64,000 nt of DNA from Diplonema japonicum (Eukaryota; Protista; Euglenozoa: Diplonemea). The notes under the pieces are model-generated. The model saw only the letters and a program-made list of their open reading frames with translations. It made no database searches and was not told the origin of the DNA. A program made the translations under genes and the position numbers. The DNA lies in NCBI GenBank assembly GCA_964019335.1, contig OZ025726.1, positions 1 to 64,000 on the forward strand, given 5' to 3'. This document shows positions 29,746 to 42,300 of the stretch, piece after piece (positions within the stretch are counted from its first letter, which is position 1; the number at the start of each line of letters is the position of its first letter).

Positions 29746-32700
29746 CTAATGCTGGTCAGCTTGGATGCTGGGCCCAGCGGGTTTTGGGGAAGTGGGGGTT
29801 CCCGGGACATCTGATAGTGAAGGAGATTGGGTTCTTACACCAGTTGAGATGTTCAGCATGGACTGCGCACGTGTCGTGGGCGTGTTGTAACCGAAATTAC
29901 CGGACCCTCGGCGATTCCCGTAGCTGTCAGTAGGTCCTAGCTTCAGGGAGTCAATGCCGCTCGGGGCATAGTGGTGGGTATGCAGAGGGCTCCCGAAGAC
30001 TAACTTGTGGTCGTCGCTCGTCAGCCCGCTCCCCACGTTTCCCTCAATGGTGTGCTTCAGGATGTTGTGCGCAACAAGGTCCTTCCGCGTGATGATACCC
30101 AGTACGCTGTTCATGTTGTTCACTACAACCAAATGCCTTAGCCCCATCCCCCTGAACAGCGTGTACGTTGCGGAAACAGCAAAAGTCTCGGGGACACAGA
30201 AGCCTGATGTGTTTGTCAGGGGTAGCAAGTCGATGATTTTCTCAGAGATATCGGTGGGCAGGCCCTCCTTGAACGGTAGGCCATCCAGCCGCTCCCAGAA
30301 AATCTTTTCTCGGATAGCAGTCATCGTGTCGTAATCCTGTAAGAGGTACAACAAAACAAAAACAAACAAAAAAAAAACACGGGTGTTTTCATACCAGCTT
30401 GGGTGTTGCGTCTCTGTTGGTACTTTCCACATTTTCGACAAACCACAGGAGTTGCTCAAGTTGGCTACGCAGCACGGTACCTTTATAAATACCTGCGCCC
30501 TCCGCATCTGATGGAATCGGTGCCACAACAGGGAACGCGTTGTGAGGGGTATCATGGAGGCAATGCATAATGTGGCCGATGCTTTCCTATAAGAGTTATA
30601 ATTTCTTTTTTTTCTCGATATGGCAATGAAGCAAACCTTTATCTGCAAGCAGACAGGACGTGTAGGGTTTGACTTGATGAGGTCCCTCGCCGTGTAGCAG
30701 TCAAGGTATGGAAGATGGATGTCCTGCAGTGGGAGTGAGATGAGAAGTACGAGAGAACATACAAAGTCGAGGAAAGGAACGCATTTTAGCTCAAGAAGCG
30801 CGTGGTACAAAGCGTGTGTGAAGGAGTCAGCTACTGTTTTCGCAACCATGACACACAGCATGATATTTGGAAGGTGCGGCAGGTCTCCCCTGTGAAGAAT
30901 AATGGTGGGTGTTGAATACATACGTGATCTCAAGCATAATGACGCACAGGGAAAACGTGAGGCGCGAGACTCCGGCGAAGAAGCCTGCAGCACCGAACAA
31001 CGCAAACACACCGGGGTCCACCCACCCATCCACACCATTACAGTCCTCGCCTGCTAGGTTTTGCATCAAGTCAACAACGGCAAGCCCATATATGCGCCCC
31101 ATGGTGGAGCCAATGATGAGCATGGGGACTACAAGCCCGCATGCTAAGTACGTACCCGCAGACCAGCAAGCAAAGATAGCATACAGCAGAAACCACAAGG
31201 CAAGGTCATCGTAATCAAATATCTTGCTGCCCTCCAGCGGCCCGCCCTTCGTCCTGTCAGTCGGGTCGCCCCTACGAAGCAGCAGCCTCACGCAATCGTC
31301 AGCAGAAGCGAAGGCAAGTGTTCCCAACGGGTGGTACTCCTTGTCAGGGTTGCTGCAAATGGCGTCGAAAAATTTCAGCTCACCAGTCCCATTGGTGCCG
31401 TAGTTAAGGTCGAAGGGGCCGCCGGGCTTCGTCTTGCATGGCAAGGAGTAAACAAATACAAAACTAAGAGTGACGAACGCAAGGATAATCACCAAAGGCT
31501 CCAGCATCCGTGTGGTGGTGCTTTTGTTAATCTTGTGCATCCTGTATCTCACCACCTTGATATTGAAGAACGTGAAAAGCGCGCCGGCGAGCCCGCAGAA
31601 GATGCCCAGAACCAATGTAAACGGAACGCTAAGCAGGTTCACATTCTCCAGCACATTGGCTTTGAAGAGAATTGTGAATTGAGCATTCCAGGAAAGGCTC
31701 TCGCTACACCTGTTGGAGAGATCGTCGCGCAGCTCGTATCCACTAAACTTTGAGTTGAGCGTGTTGGCCGTGATGATGGCCATCAAGGACGAGAAGAACG
31801 CCATCCACATGGCTTTTTTGGAGAAGAAAGAGGACATCTCTTCTACAACGAAAAGCAGGCCGCCAATTGGAGCGCTGAAAGCACACGCCACACCTGCACA
31901 AGCACCACCTGTGATAAAGTCGCGGTGGTCACGGGGGTTACGGTACTTTCCGAAAAACTCAGAGCTCTTGCCCAGTGTACGGGACCTGCCTGTTCCAAGC
32001 CCAGCACCCACTAGCGCACCGATGTGGATCATGGGTCCTTCGGGACCGACCGGCAGACCGCCGGCAACGGCCAGAGAGCACGATATGATCTTTCCTATCA
32101 AAGTACGTAAGTTGAACACCTTTGGGAACATGACACCATTCAAGTACGCCATCACATCAGGCACACCAGACCCTGCTGCGTAGGGCCACAATCCGCACAG
32201 CCCTGTGCTGACCGCAATACACACGACACTAAAGGCGGCCCACAAGCTAAAGGCGACCCATTTATCAGAATCAGACTTCCAGTCCTTCAAGGCATCCTGC
32301 AGTATAGTGCGTCTTTTGTCCGAGAGGAACTCAATAGTGTTCATCAGGATAAAGGAGAGCAGACCGACTGTGAGACCAATGAGAGCGTAGACGATCCACT
32401 TGGTGCCTCGGCCTTCTTTCTTCATCTTTTCTAAGTTGTCTCTGTACAGCCTGTTGTTTGATATCCAATAATCGATGGACTCAAATTTGGCCATGCGTGC
32501 TTCTTCCATGGGGGTGAATCTGTGTGCCATTTTTTTCGACTCCAAGTCTCGGAAAACACCCCGTCTAGGCCTCATAGCTTCGTCTTCGTCGCCGCTATCG
32601 CTCAGCACCTCGTCGTCCCACCCCGTGCCCTGCCACATGTAGTAGTCGTGTTCGTCGTCTGTCGGCACCACCACATAACCAGTAGGGTCTGTTCCAGACC

Positions 32701-32788
32701 TTCTTCTCGGGACCCCGAAGTCACCACTTCCTCCACTCCCTCCCAAGCCTACCATTGTCGGCTGCATGGACCATCGCTTTTGAGACAT
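29746..32788 (-). CDS. CLC: CLC-family chloride channel/transporter (CLC-6/7-like) with CBS domains, multi-exon
   Basis: GSGVP, GPEGPMIH, FSAPIGG, GLVVP and RLTFSL motifs; CBS segment FRGMGLRHLVVV..GIITRKDL; short introns in the 3' half. Confidence 0.95.
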
Positions 32789-32959
32789 AACCTGTGTGAT
32801 TGAGAAGACGAGAATGAGGGCAAATAAAGATCACAAACGAAAGTCATGTAAATGACATGAGTGTGGAAAGAAGAAAAAAGAAACAATAAAAAAAGGGGGG
32901 GATGAAACTAATTAATATAAGAGAGGCGTGTAATTTTATATACATTTTCTTTTTTCTGT

Positions 32960-34768
32960 TCACGGCATTTTGACACCCACACCAAAGCGCACTCCATATA
33001 TAACACGTAGCTTGCTGTAGCAGTCCGTGTTTGCAGCAACGGGCTTTGCTTCGTCGCAGTATGCCTCGCCGTCGATGGTCCAGGTGTAGCCGTAGTCGCC
33101 CGACTCTAAGTTATGAGTCACAGTGTATTCTTTCCAGACAGGTTTCATTTTGCTGCTGAGAAGGCCTTCTTTTTCTTCTGTTTCCTTCGCTTCAAGCTTC
33201 AGCGTCTGTTTATCATTGGGAGACGCCAAAGACCACACCGTCACAGAGACCTCAGCTTGCTTCTCGTATTGTTCTGAGTTCGAGAAGATATGCTTGAACT
33301 CTACAGGAATGGTCGACTTGGCCTCAATGGTTGGCCTCTTTGTTTTTAACACGTTCTTCATATCTTGCGACGTGGGGCAGGCTACGCGTAGCCCTTTCTG
33401 GTACTGGGGGTACATTGTGTTTATGTCTGCTTGGATCTCCCTTCTGTTCTGCTCGAACATGGCGTCAGACTCCACGAGCTTGTCGTAGCTCTCGAAGTCG
33501 AGTTCCATCATCTTCGGTACGAAGAAGTCCAGATTCTTCACAACCACGTCGAGCTTCACACCCACCGTTCCTAGCGCAGCACTCATTATATTGATTGGCG
33601 CTTTCAATGCCTCGCCTCTCAGCGTCGACTGTATCTTCGGGTCCACGATCTTCTCCTTCGCCACGTGAGACGCTCTTTCCAACGCACCCATCACGTGCTT
33701 TCCATCTATGAAAAGACCAGGTACTTGCACGATGCCGTACCCAATGTCCCATGTGCTCATAGGGATGAGGTCTTCCATGCTGCTAATAGGCTTTTGAAGC
33801 TGCTCAGGGAGGTTCTCGATGTTTCTCTTGTCGGGGGGGAGCGCTTTCCAAGCGTTTCTCACGGTGGGGTAGTTCATGAGCTTCCCTATAAGAGTCGGGG
33901 CCCTTTCTAGGGGCGACAGGTACAGCTCGTCGTCGATCCTCCACCTGGACTGGAAGCCGTTGTAGTTTATGGTGCTCACTTCCGGCGGTTTAATGGTCAG
34001 AGTGGCCTTACCGTTGGGGGCATCGATGACGTGCCAGCTGTCCCCGACACCCTGCCGCCACTCCACCTTGAAGTCTTGAGGGGTTTTGTTCGGTGCCTGA
34101 AGCACTGAACCCCTCCAATTGCTCCCCGACGGGTTGAGGTACTCGCTGAAGGGGGTCGACCAGTCCACCCATTCGAAAACAAGTGTCACCGATCCATCCC
34201 AGTTGGGTGCCACGTCGACGCACGACTTGCATTTGAAGGCGCTCTTGACAGCTTCAGAAGCTTCATTCTTCTCGGCGTCTGTCGTACTCTCCTCTTTCAC
34301 CTCATTTTCATTCAGTTCGACGGTTTCGGCAACGACCTCTTCCTCGATAGGTCCCGGGAGGATGGGGACTTCCGCTATGCCCTTGTCACACAACGGGAGT
34401 ACGTTTTGCAGATCGGCAGCTGTGCCTGTTAAATTGACGGGGACTTCTGTGTAGTCTGTCGATGCATTCACAAGCACAATCTCGACTTTTGGGAAGGTTT
34501 TCTGCAGGGTTTCGATAGTGGTCCTTGAAATCACCACCTGGATGGTGAACTGGGACTTGTTGTCGGTAGGGTTTGTTTCTTTCTCAGGTACAGCGGAGCT
34601 CTTTCTTTTGCCCAATTCCTTCACCTGCTTTTCGAGTTCTGCTACCTGCTTCTTGAGCTTTGCCTTCTCATCCGAGTTGCTGTTCGCTTCGCTTTCGAGT
34701 GTTTTGATCTTTCGATCTCTCTCTGCAACCTCTTCCGGATGGACCTTCGAACTTGCGCCGCATCCCAT
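32960..34768 (-). CDS. Putative dually acylated protein (MGCGASS) with coiled coil and possible C-terminal CBM48/AMPK-beta-like domain
   Basis: N-terminal MGC acylation motif; C-terminal WKEYTVTHNLESGDYGYTWTIDGE. Confidence 0.7.
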   Translation of the reverse strand: MGCGASSKVHPEEVAERDRKIKTLESEANSNSDEKAKLKKQVAELEKQVKELGKRKSSAVPEKETNPTDNKSQFTIQVVISRTTIETLQKTFPKVEIVLVNASTDYTEVPVNLTGTAADLQNVLPLCDKGIAEVPILPGPIEEEVVAETVELNENEVKEESTTDAEKNEASEAVKSAFKCKSCVDVAPNWDGSVTLVFEWVDWSTPFSEYLNPSGSNWRGSVLQAPNKTPQDFKVEWRQGVGDSWHVIDAPNGKATLTIKPPEVSTINYNGFQSRWRIDDELYLSPLERAPTLIGKLMNYPTVRNAWKALPPDKRNIENLPEQLQKPISSMEDLIPMSTWDIGYGIVQVPGLFIDGKHVMGALERASHVAKEKIVDPKIQSTLRGEALKAPINIMSAALGTVGVKLDVVVKNLDFFVPKMMELDFESYDKLVESDAMFEQNRREIQADINTMYPQYQKGLRVACPTSQDMKNVLKTKRPTIEAKSTIPVEFKHIFSNSEQYEKQAEVSVTVWSLASPNDKQTLKLEAKETEEKEGLLSSKMKPVWKEYTVTHNLESGDYGYTWTIDGEAYCDEAKPVAANTDCYSKLRVIYGVRFGVGVKMP

Positions 34769-34900
34769 TTTTACATGTAATTCTGCTGAAATGCCGTGCG
34801 AGAAATAAAAAAGAAAAAACACCAATAAACGGGCAACCCTTAATTAAAACATTACTCACACTAAACACTATAGTGAATTCTAAGACTATTCTTAATGATG

Positions 34901-37720
34901 TTAACGCCTCCTTCTCCTGTCCCTGTCTCTAGCGCTGTCTCTGTAGTCTCTGTCTCTGTATTCTCTGTCTCTGTCCCCGTCGTCCCTTCTCCTGTCCCTG
35001 TAGTCTCTGCTGTCCCTGTTGTCCCTGCTGTCTCTGTGGTCCCTGCTGTCCCTTCCTCTGTCGACTCTCCCATGGTCCCTTTGCCTTTCCCTGGGTTCTT
35101 CTCGTTTGGGTTCTGGTCGCGGCTGGTTCTCAATCCTCAGGGGTTCGTCATCCTCGCTTTCGTCTCTCTTTTTCTCTTTTCGCTTTTTTTTTCTATCCCC
35201 CGAAGACTCGCTGCTGTCCCTCCTCCTCCTTCTTTTCTCCTTGATCCTCTCCAACTCCACCTCACGCTCCTCTACGTTGTCAAAGGCGTCGTACCTCTTC
35301 TTCCTCCCAAACACATACACCATAGAGTTTCTGTACTTCGCAGGTGGGTCAAAGGTAGCATACACAGGCTGGTACCCGGGATACTCATTCCCACGGAAGA
35401 TGAACTTGTTGATTAGCCTGAGCCCCCCATCTGAACGGAGCCCCAGGCGGGTGGTCTGCCAGTCGGAGTACCCGCTGCCTTCACACTGCGTTATGTAAAC
35501 CCTTCCCTTCGAAGTAAGCACCGCTGGGCAGTACTTCAGAATCTTCTTTACAAACTTCTGGTTGTCATCTGTGCCCTGCACGTCAGCGCCCGACTCGCTC
35601 GGCACAGGGTAATTCAAAACGACGGCATCGAACATGGCCTCTGGGGTGGGAAGGTCTGCGTACTCCTCGCTTTTCGTGACATTGAAACCGTACCCGATTT
35701 TTGCCCCAGCATCGACCAGCTCCTTCGCCCTCTCAGCAGCTTCGCTGTACTTCTCGAAGAGCTCTTCCTTCGGAAGCGTTGTTGTCACCACCAGCTTAGC
35801 CCCTGTCCCGATCCTCTTAAGCAGTGATGCAGCAAAGCTCTGAAAATGGTGGTTTTTACATGACTATTGCATACCAAGTTCTTTTCAGCAAGAACAAGGA
35901 TGTTCTGCTCATCTGTGAAAGGGATGGCATTTTGCTCTTTGTACTGTGAAGAGGTAGTTTTGTGTGATGTGTGCATACGTCGCTAAGGTGTTCCGGTTTG
36001 TACTCTTGTTGGAGAAGTGCTTCTTGACGCCTGCAAGCTTCAGCTGCCTTGCGCATCTTAGCCAGAGCATCGAATGTCTTACGTTCCACCCCAAGCTTTA
36101 CCCAGTCTGCTTTGTACCTGTAGTAGCCAGCATTGTCAGTCCGCATCACAAGCTCCACATCTGGCACTGCGTTTCCAGCAGCAGCTTCCTGCGCTAAGCT
36201 GTCGATCAACGCTTGCACATTCTTGTCCACAGGAGGCTTGCTGTTCTTGGGAGGGAGGTTCACAGGTGGCGGACCACCAAAGGTCTCGCACTGCGCAGCG
36301 AGTGTAGTCACAGCACTAACAGCAGTGCTGCCGATGGTGGGCATCTGGGGGACACCTGATGTACTACTGGACGGCGTGGTGCTAGTTGTCTTCCTTGCGT
36401 ACTTTGCGACGGGTGCACCGGGAATGTTCAGGGCGGGAAGCCTCTCCATTGCCTGTGTTTGTGTTTTCTTCTTTTTTTCAATTTGTACTTACCATGATTG
36501 CAGAGCTGACTTCTTTGAAGTTGATAAACGCGTACTTGTCACGTGTTTGGCAGTTGTCGATACCACCGATGGTCGTCTCGAAGATGCGCTTAATCGTCTC
36601 CAGTCTGTGGTGAGGTGTGAGGGGTGGTTTGTGAGGCATACCCAATGTTGTCTAGCTCATCTTTGTCGTTGTACTGCAAGCAGATGTTGGTACTAGGTGC
36701 TAGAGTGGGCACCGGCGACTGACCGTGTGCTGACGGGGGCAGCATGCTCCATTCAACAGTGAGGTTCGTGGCATTCGGGATGTCCAACTTCCCGGAGTCC
36801 CAATCGTCCTTGCACTTCTTAGCGGCCATCTGAGTAGGGAAGATCACATGCGCCACCTTAGAGTCCCCGTCGATCCCGATTGCGATTTTTTCAGGTTCGC
36901 CGACCTCGGGTTTCAGTGCGGCAACGATCTCCTCCTCCATGATCATCGATGACAGCGAGTACTTCATGATCAGCTTCCTTGTCTCCTCTGGAGTGGGCAT
37001 GGCGCTTCCTCCGGTCATGGTCTGCACAGGGGCCTGCGGTGCGACAGCGCCCAGGGGTTCGCCGGGGTGGAACCATTCTATGTACAGATCGCAACCCTTA
37101 ATACTCGGTTGTGCGTTGTAGGCAGCCATAGCGGTGTCGGGGGTGCAGAAGGTCACGATGGCGTAGTTGTGCGAGTCGTCCTGGTGCATGTCGACCTTCT
37201 GCACGTCGCCGAACTGCGCGAAGCAATTCCCGATGTCGTCCTGCAAGATGTCGTTCCTGGCGCCCATGCCCACCCACAGGAAGAGCCCCGGCCTGTCATA
37301 GGCACACCCGGGATCAGGGCGGTTGGCCACGTGGATGATTCTCGAGTGGTTCCCGACCATGATTTGCCCTAACCGTGCAACGCGTGTAGCAGCCCTCATC
37401 GATGAGTAGGTGACGAACACACCATACCGACCGTCGGAAGGCGTCACGTTGATCTTCTCTATCAGTCCATACGGGCAGAAGGCCGTTTGGATGTCAGGCG
37501 GCGACGGCTGCTCATCACCAACATCAACATACACAATCCTACTTCTCTGTTCGTTAGCCCCACCATACCCAGGAGGCATCTGTCCTGGCATGGGTGGCAG
37601 CTGCCCGGGCATCCCTGGCATCTGCCCTACCGGCTGTGTCATTCCCATCATCCCTGCCTGCGGCATCTGGGGTATCACTTGAGGCACCCCCATTCCAGGC
37701 GCATCCTCTGTAGGATTCAT
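34901..37720 (-). CDS. Multi-exon RNA-binding protein: 4xRRM - SURP-like - BMT5/DUF2431-like methyltransferase fold - RD-rich tail
   Basis: Introns at 36605-36641, 36453-36492, 35944-35978 and 35840-35874 restore one frame. RNP-like motifs YGVFVTY, YAIVTF, VAHVIF, YAFINF; ILVLAEKNLSFAASL..FDAVVLNYP..GRVYIT..YSDW..YPGY. Confidence 0.78.
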
Positions 37721-38001
37721 CTTCCTCTGTGAACAAAATGGTTATGTTGGTGTCACGTTATGGAAATAGAACTCGGCGGTTGCTTTGCGTCTGTGCAGCC
37801 GGAAGGGAGAAAAAAAAAAAGGAGGAAAAAAAAAAGGGTATTACTCGAATTGACTCTTCCGACTACCACACGCAAAAACACATTCACATGCCAGATTGGG
37901 TGTCTGCATGCTATGAAATAGAGAAAGAAAGAAAAAAACAGATAAAACGAGAGCTTCAGTTGCGTCGCGGTGGGAAAAAAGAGAGATTTCTTTTATTTGA
38001 T

Positions 38002-38774
38002 TCACAATTTTGCATCAGTCCTGGTTCTCGTGAGATCTATGAGGGGCGTGAAGGATTTCACAAACCAATCGGCGCCATTAAACACCTTCTCACGCACCTG
38101 GTTTTTTTTGTTTTGTTTTTTCTTTTTAATACTTTTTTTTATTTGACAAAACATACCTGCACCCCACCGTACCCGATGAAGAGGTCGGCTGCTCCTGGCT
38201 GCCTGGCCTCAAGGTCGGTAGCCCCGTCACCAATCATAACCATGGTGTTGTATTTGAACTTGTTTTTAAGGTGCTTCAAGCAAGCGGGCTTCCCACCGGT
38301 TTTGCTCGTGAACGCCTTGGTGTCGAAGCCGTCGAAGCCTCCCACGTTGCCCTTCCCTTGGATGTTTTTGAAGAGGAAAGTGTTAGCGTAGACATTGCTG
38401 CGGGGGACTGAAAGGATGTCTGCGATGGGGTGGATCATCTGAGTGAACCCACCGCTCACAAGGTAGACAGTGACGCCCTTTGCCTGCAGTGCCGCAACAA
38501 GCTCCTTGATGCCGGGGCTCAGCTTCGGTGGGTTCTTTGCAAGGAAATCCTGCAAATCCACGTACGACGGCCTCATGATGTTTAGCCTCGCAGACAGCGC
38601 CTCCTGAAACGTCACCCCGCCGCCCATAGCCTTCGTTGTCCATGCTGCCACTTCCTCCTTCTTTCCCAAATACGCCGCAAACTCATCTATCCCCTCATCC
38701 ACACACACAGTGCTGTCAACGTCGAAGCAGACAGCGTCTGCCTTCAGCCATGTCATCTGTACCTTCGTCGCCAT
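38002..38774 (-). CDS. PSPH: Phosphoserine phosphatase (HAD family), 2 exons
   Basis: FDVDSTV, VSGGF, GGK and MIGDGATDLEA motifs. The last exon VREKVFNGADWFV follows an A-rich intron. Confidence 0.93.
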
Positions 38775-39208
38775 GTCGCCCTGCAGGTGGGGTACGAGGG
38801 AAAGAAACAGCAATTTTTTCAATACTGCTACTGAAACACACCAGAAAGAAGAAAAAAGTAAGTTCAAACTGAAAAGGGTAGGGAAGTAAGAAATGTTGTT
38901 TATCAAAGTTCAGGACTTGTCGCAAAGAAAACTATTAGGTATGCGTTTTTGCGCTTACCGAGATAACGTGAGGCAAACATGGGGGGGTAACAAGAACCCC
39001 GAAAAAAAGGGTCGGAGTTTGGGATAACAAGAATCCCCGAAAAAAAGGGGTGGGATAACTTGTATTGTAATCAAACATGCGGGGGAGGGGGGGGGGGGGG
39101 GGGATAACCCCGAAATAAAGGGTGGGATAACTTGTATTTGTAAGAAGGACAGCACATGTGGGGGGGGGGGGGGGGGGTATGATACGTGGGCTGCTTCAAC
39201 TGAAAATT

Positions 39209-39260
<52 letters not shown>

Positions 39261-39315
39261 CATATTTTATGCAAAAAGGGAGGGGGAAGGGGGCGAAGCA
39301 AAAGACCATAGAAGT

Positions 39316-42300
39316 CTAGATGACGGCAAGGAGAACATCTGTTATAACAGGTATCACACCATCTTTGGGAACACTGGAAGGTACCAGTTTGTACACCAAA
39401 GGCAGTGCGATTGTACAAGAGAAAAACAGAACCTCAGCCAGCAGGATGAGGACGCCGTTGACATGCGTGTAGGAGGATGTGGTCGCGAAGATGTGCACGG
39501 AGCACCACAACATAGCAGCTTCGCAAGCTATAAGAGTGGCCGTTACAGATATTTGAGACAACTCAACAGGAAGCACAGTGCCTTCATATGTATGGTGCAG
39601 CCTACCACAGCACACAATGCTTGCCCACACAGGTACGAAGACGTGGTACCTCGTGATGTCATAGAATGACGCCAGTACATCCAAAGTACACGCATGAAGA
39701 GCCACTGCAACCAGCACATACCACAACCCGTGCAGACCCAGCGCGTTGGGCTTTCTGCTGAACATGTACACTGCAGCAAGCCCAGCAACACACATCCCCA
39801 TACCAACACCGCCGACTATGTACCCTTCCCCTTCCAGCGTGTAGTAGTCCCACCCTGCTAGACCCACCACCACAAGGATGCCACTCAGTATTTGCTGCTT
39901 AAACTTCGCAGCCACATACCCTACGTATGCTACAGTCAAAGCGCTTGCTAGAACCATGCTTCGCATTGAAAGGCTGTCGACAGTCCCGTAGGTGTGGCAT
40001 ATCATCCCGATGACGCCCATCTGCAAGACGGCGCCGCCGATCGTGAAGTTCGCCAAGAATGCGCCCACTGAGACCAACGCGATGCTGCCACAGATGCCGA
40101 GCAGCAGGGTGTCGTCTCTTGCTTTGAAATAAGCCACAGCACCCACCTCAAGCAGCACGATTGCAAAGAAAACGGCGTACTTATAAGCTTTCACTTCTGT
40201 ACTTTCCTTTTCTTCGGTTTCTGCGGCTTCATTTTCTTTTTCCGTTATTTCATCTTCTACCACAACGCAGCTCTCGCTTGCGGCCGGGTCGGCAAGGCTG
40301 ACATCTTCCCATGCAATAGGACTGACGGCTTCGTTAAAAGCGCCGATGACTACATTGATGAGTGGTAGGGTGACGATGTCGGTGATGCCGTGGAAAGTGA
40401 TCTCATCACGTGAGTGCGCTGTGAAAGTGGCGATCACAGAGCCCTGTGTTACCTTCAGGTCTGTGACATACGGATCGCACAGCAACAGTTTGTCTTTCAG
40501 TTCCTCCACAAACTGCTCGGAAAAGTCCAGTGGCAGGTCGTCTACGTTGCCCTCCATTGTGAGCTTCACTGGTGTGATTGTCACCGGACTCACATCGGGC
40601 ATGGAGGCTGCACTTGCAGCAAGAATGTCCTGCGTAGGTGCTCGAGATGCTCTGTCGTTGTCTTCGTCAGCGAGTAGGTTCTCCTTGTCGTTCTCGGTCT
40701 CGGGTGTTGTCTCATTATCACCCTTTTCTGAAGTGGTTAACACCTGCACAGGAACGGGTACCGCTTGTCGTTTCAAGGACTCATTTTCTTTTTCGAGCTC
40801 TTTAATTTTGCTCTCCCGCTCCTCCCTCTCCGCATCGAGCATCCTTTGCTTCTCACGTGCCAGCTGCTCTTTTTCTCTTTCGATTTGTTCCTTGTGCATG
40901 TTCTCTCTTTCCTTGCTCAGTTCCTTTTCTCTTTCCCATTCTCGCTCCCTCACATCGTTCCTGAAGCTCTCTTTTTCTCGCTCAAACGCCAGCTCCTTCT
41001 CAGACACCCGCCTGTCCTTATTCTCACTTTCCCTCTCTATAGCACGAGCTTTTTCCATCTCAAGATTCCTCTTCTCCATGTCAATCTTCCACCTTTCGAT
41101 TTCTATTTCGTGTTGGCTTCGCATGTCTTGTTGCGCTTTTTGCAGCATGTTTTCCCAGCGCTTCTCTTGTTCTATAAAGCGCTGTTCTTGTACAAGTTTT
41201 TGTTGCGACACCTGCTCTTTGAGTAGCTCGTTCTCAGCCTGTATCTTGCGAAGGCATTCGTTGGTGTCTTTTGCCTCCTGCTCGTGTTTGTCACGCGACT
41301 TGCTTACACGATCGCGAAGCAGCTGCCGCTCCTGCTCGCGTGTATCATGCACCGCGTCAGGCGGGTACTGCCCAGGCAGCTGGGCATGTGATGGTGGTGG
41401 TACGTTTGGCGGGTAGACCGGAGGGTGAGGTGTAGGAAAGGGGTAGTATTGCTGGGCATGCGCAGATTGCGGGGAGTGCACACCGTAGTGCGGCTGCCCT
41501 GGTGTTTCACGCCAGCCTTCATGTGGCTTGCTGACCTCTGCCCTGCGCTGCCTTGCTCTCAGGCGAGCTGCAACTGCTGATGCTAAGTATTGTCTGTCAT
41601 GCCCTTCGTATCCATATGCAGTCCTTTGCTCTTGGTAGTCTTCAACCACGTCTTCCACGATTGTGTCCTCTTGTGGATCTTTCTCTATTTGCTTTTCCCC
41701 CTCCTGCATCTCAACAGCACTTTTCTGACTCTTTTCGGCTACATCTTCCCCAATGTCACTCCCCTCCATTTCCCTGTCCTCCGACTCCTCAGCGTCGTCC
41801 ACCTCATATGACGGTGTGTTGACGAAGGCAAAAAGGAGCGCCATGGGAACAGTGCCCAGTGCAGCGAGGATTAAACTCAGCGGAAGAAGCTTGATTATGA
41901 GGTAGTCAGCAGAGAGGATGAAATAGTCGAGTGTTGCCACCGAAAACAGCGGCACTATCCATATGATGGCTGCCACGTTGCACAACACGAGAAGGCCGAA
42001 AGACATTATCTGCCTGGAGAGCACGGCTTCCTTCTTTTTGTTGCAAACGAACGTTTCGCTCTTCACAGTGCTTATGAGCTGCTGCTTTGAGGACTCGGTG
42101 CCTTCCTTCAGCATCTCTTGAGAAGCTGCGTCTGCGTCCGTGTCCACCGGAGGGGTAGTATCTGCGTCCCCCGGAGTGGTTTCCTCTACCTTATCCTCCT
42201 GCTCTTCCTGCTCTCCCCCCTTCGCGTCATCCTTTTCCCTTTCACCATCCTGCGATGGGGCCTCCTCTGCACCGTGCTCGTCGTACCCCTGCACAAGCGT

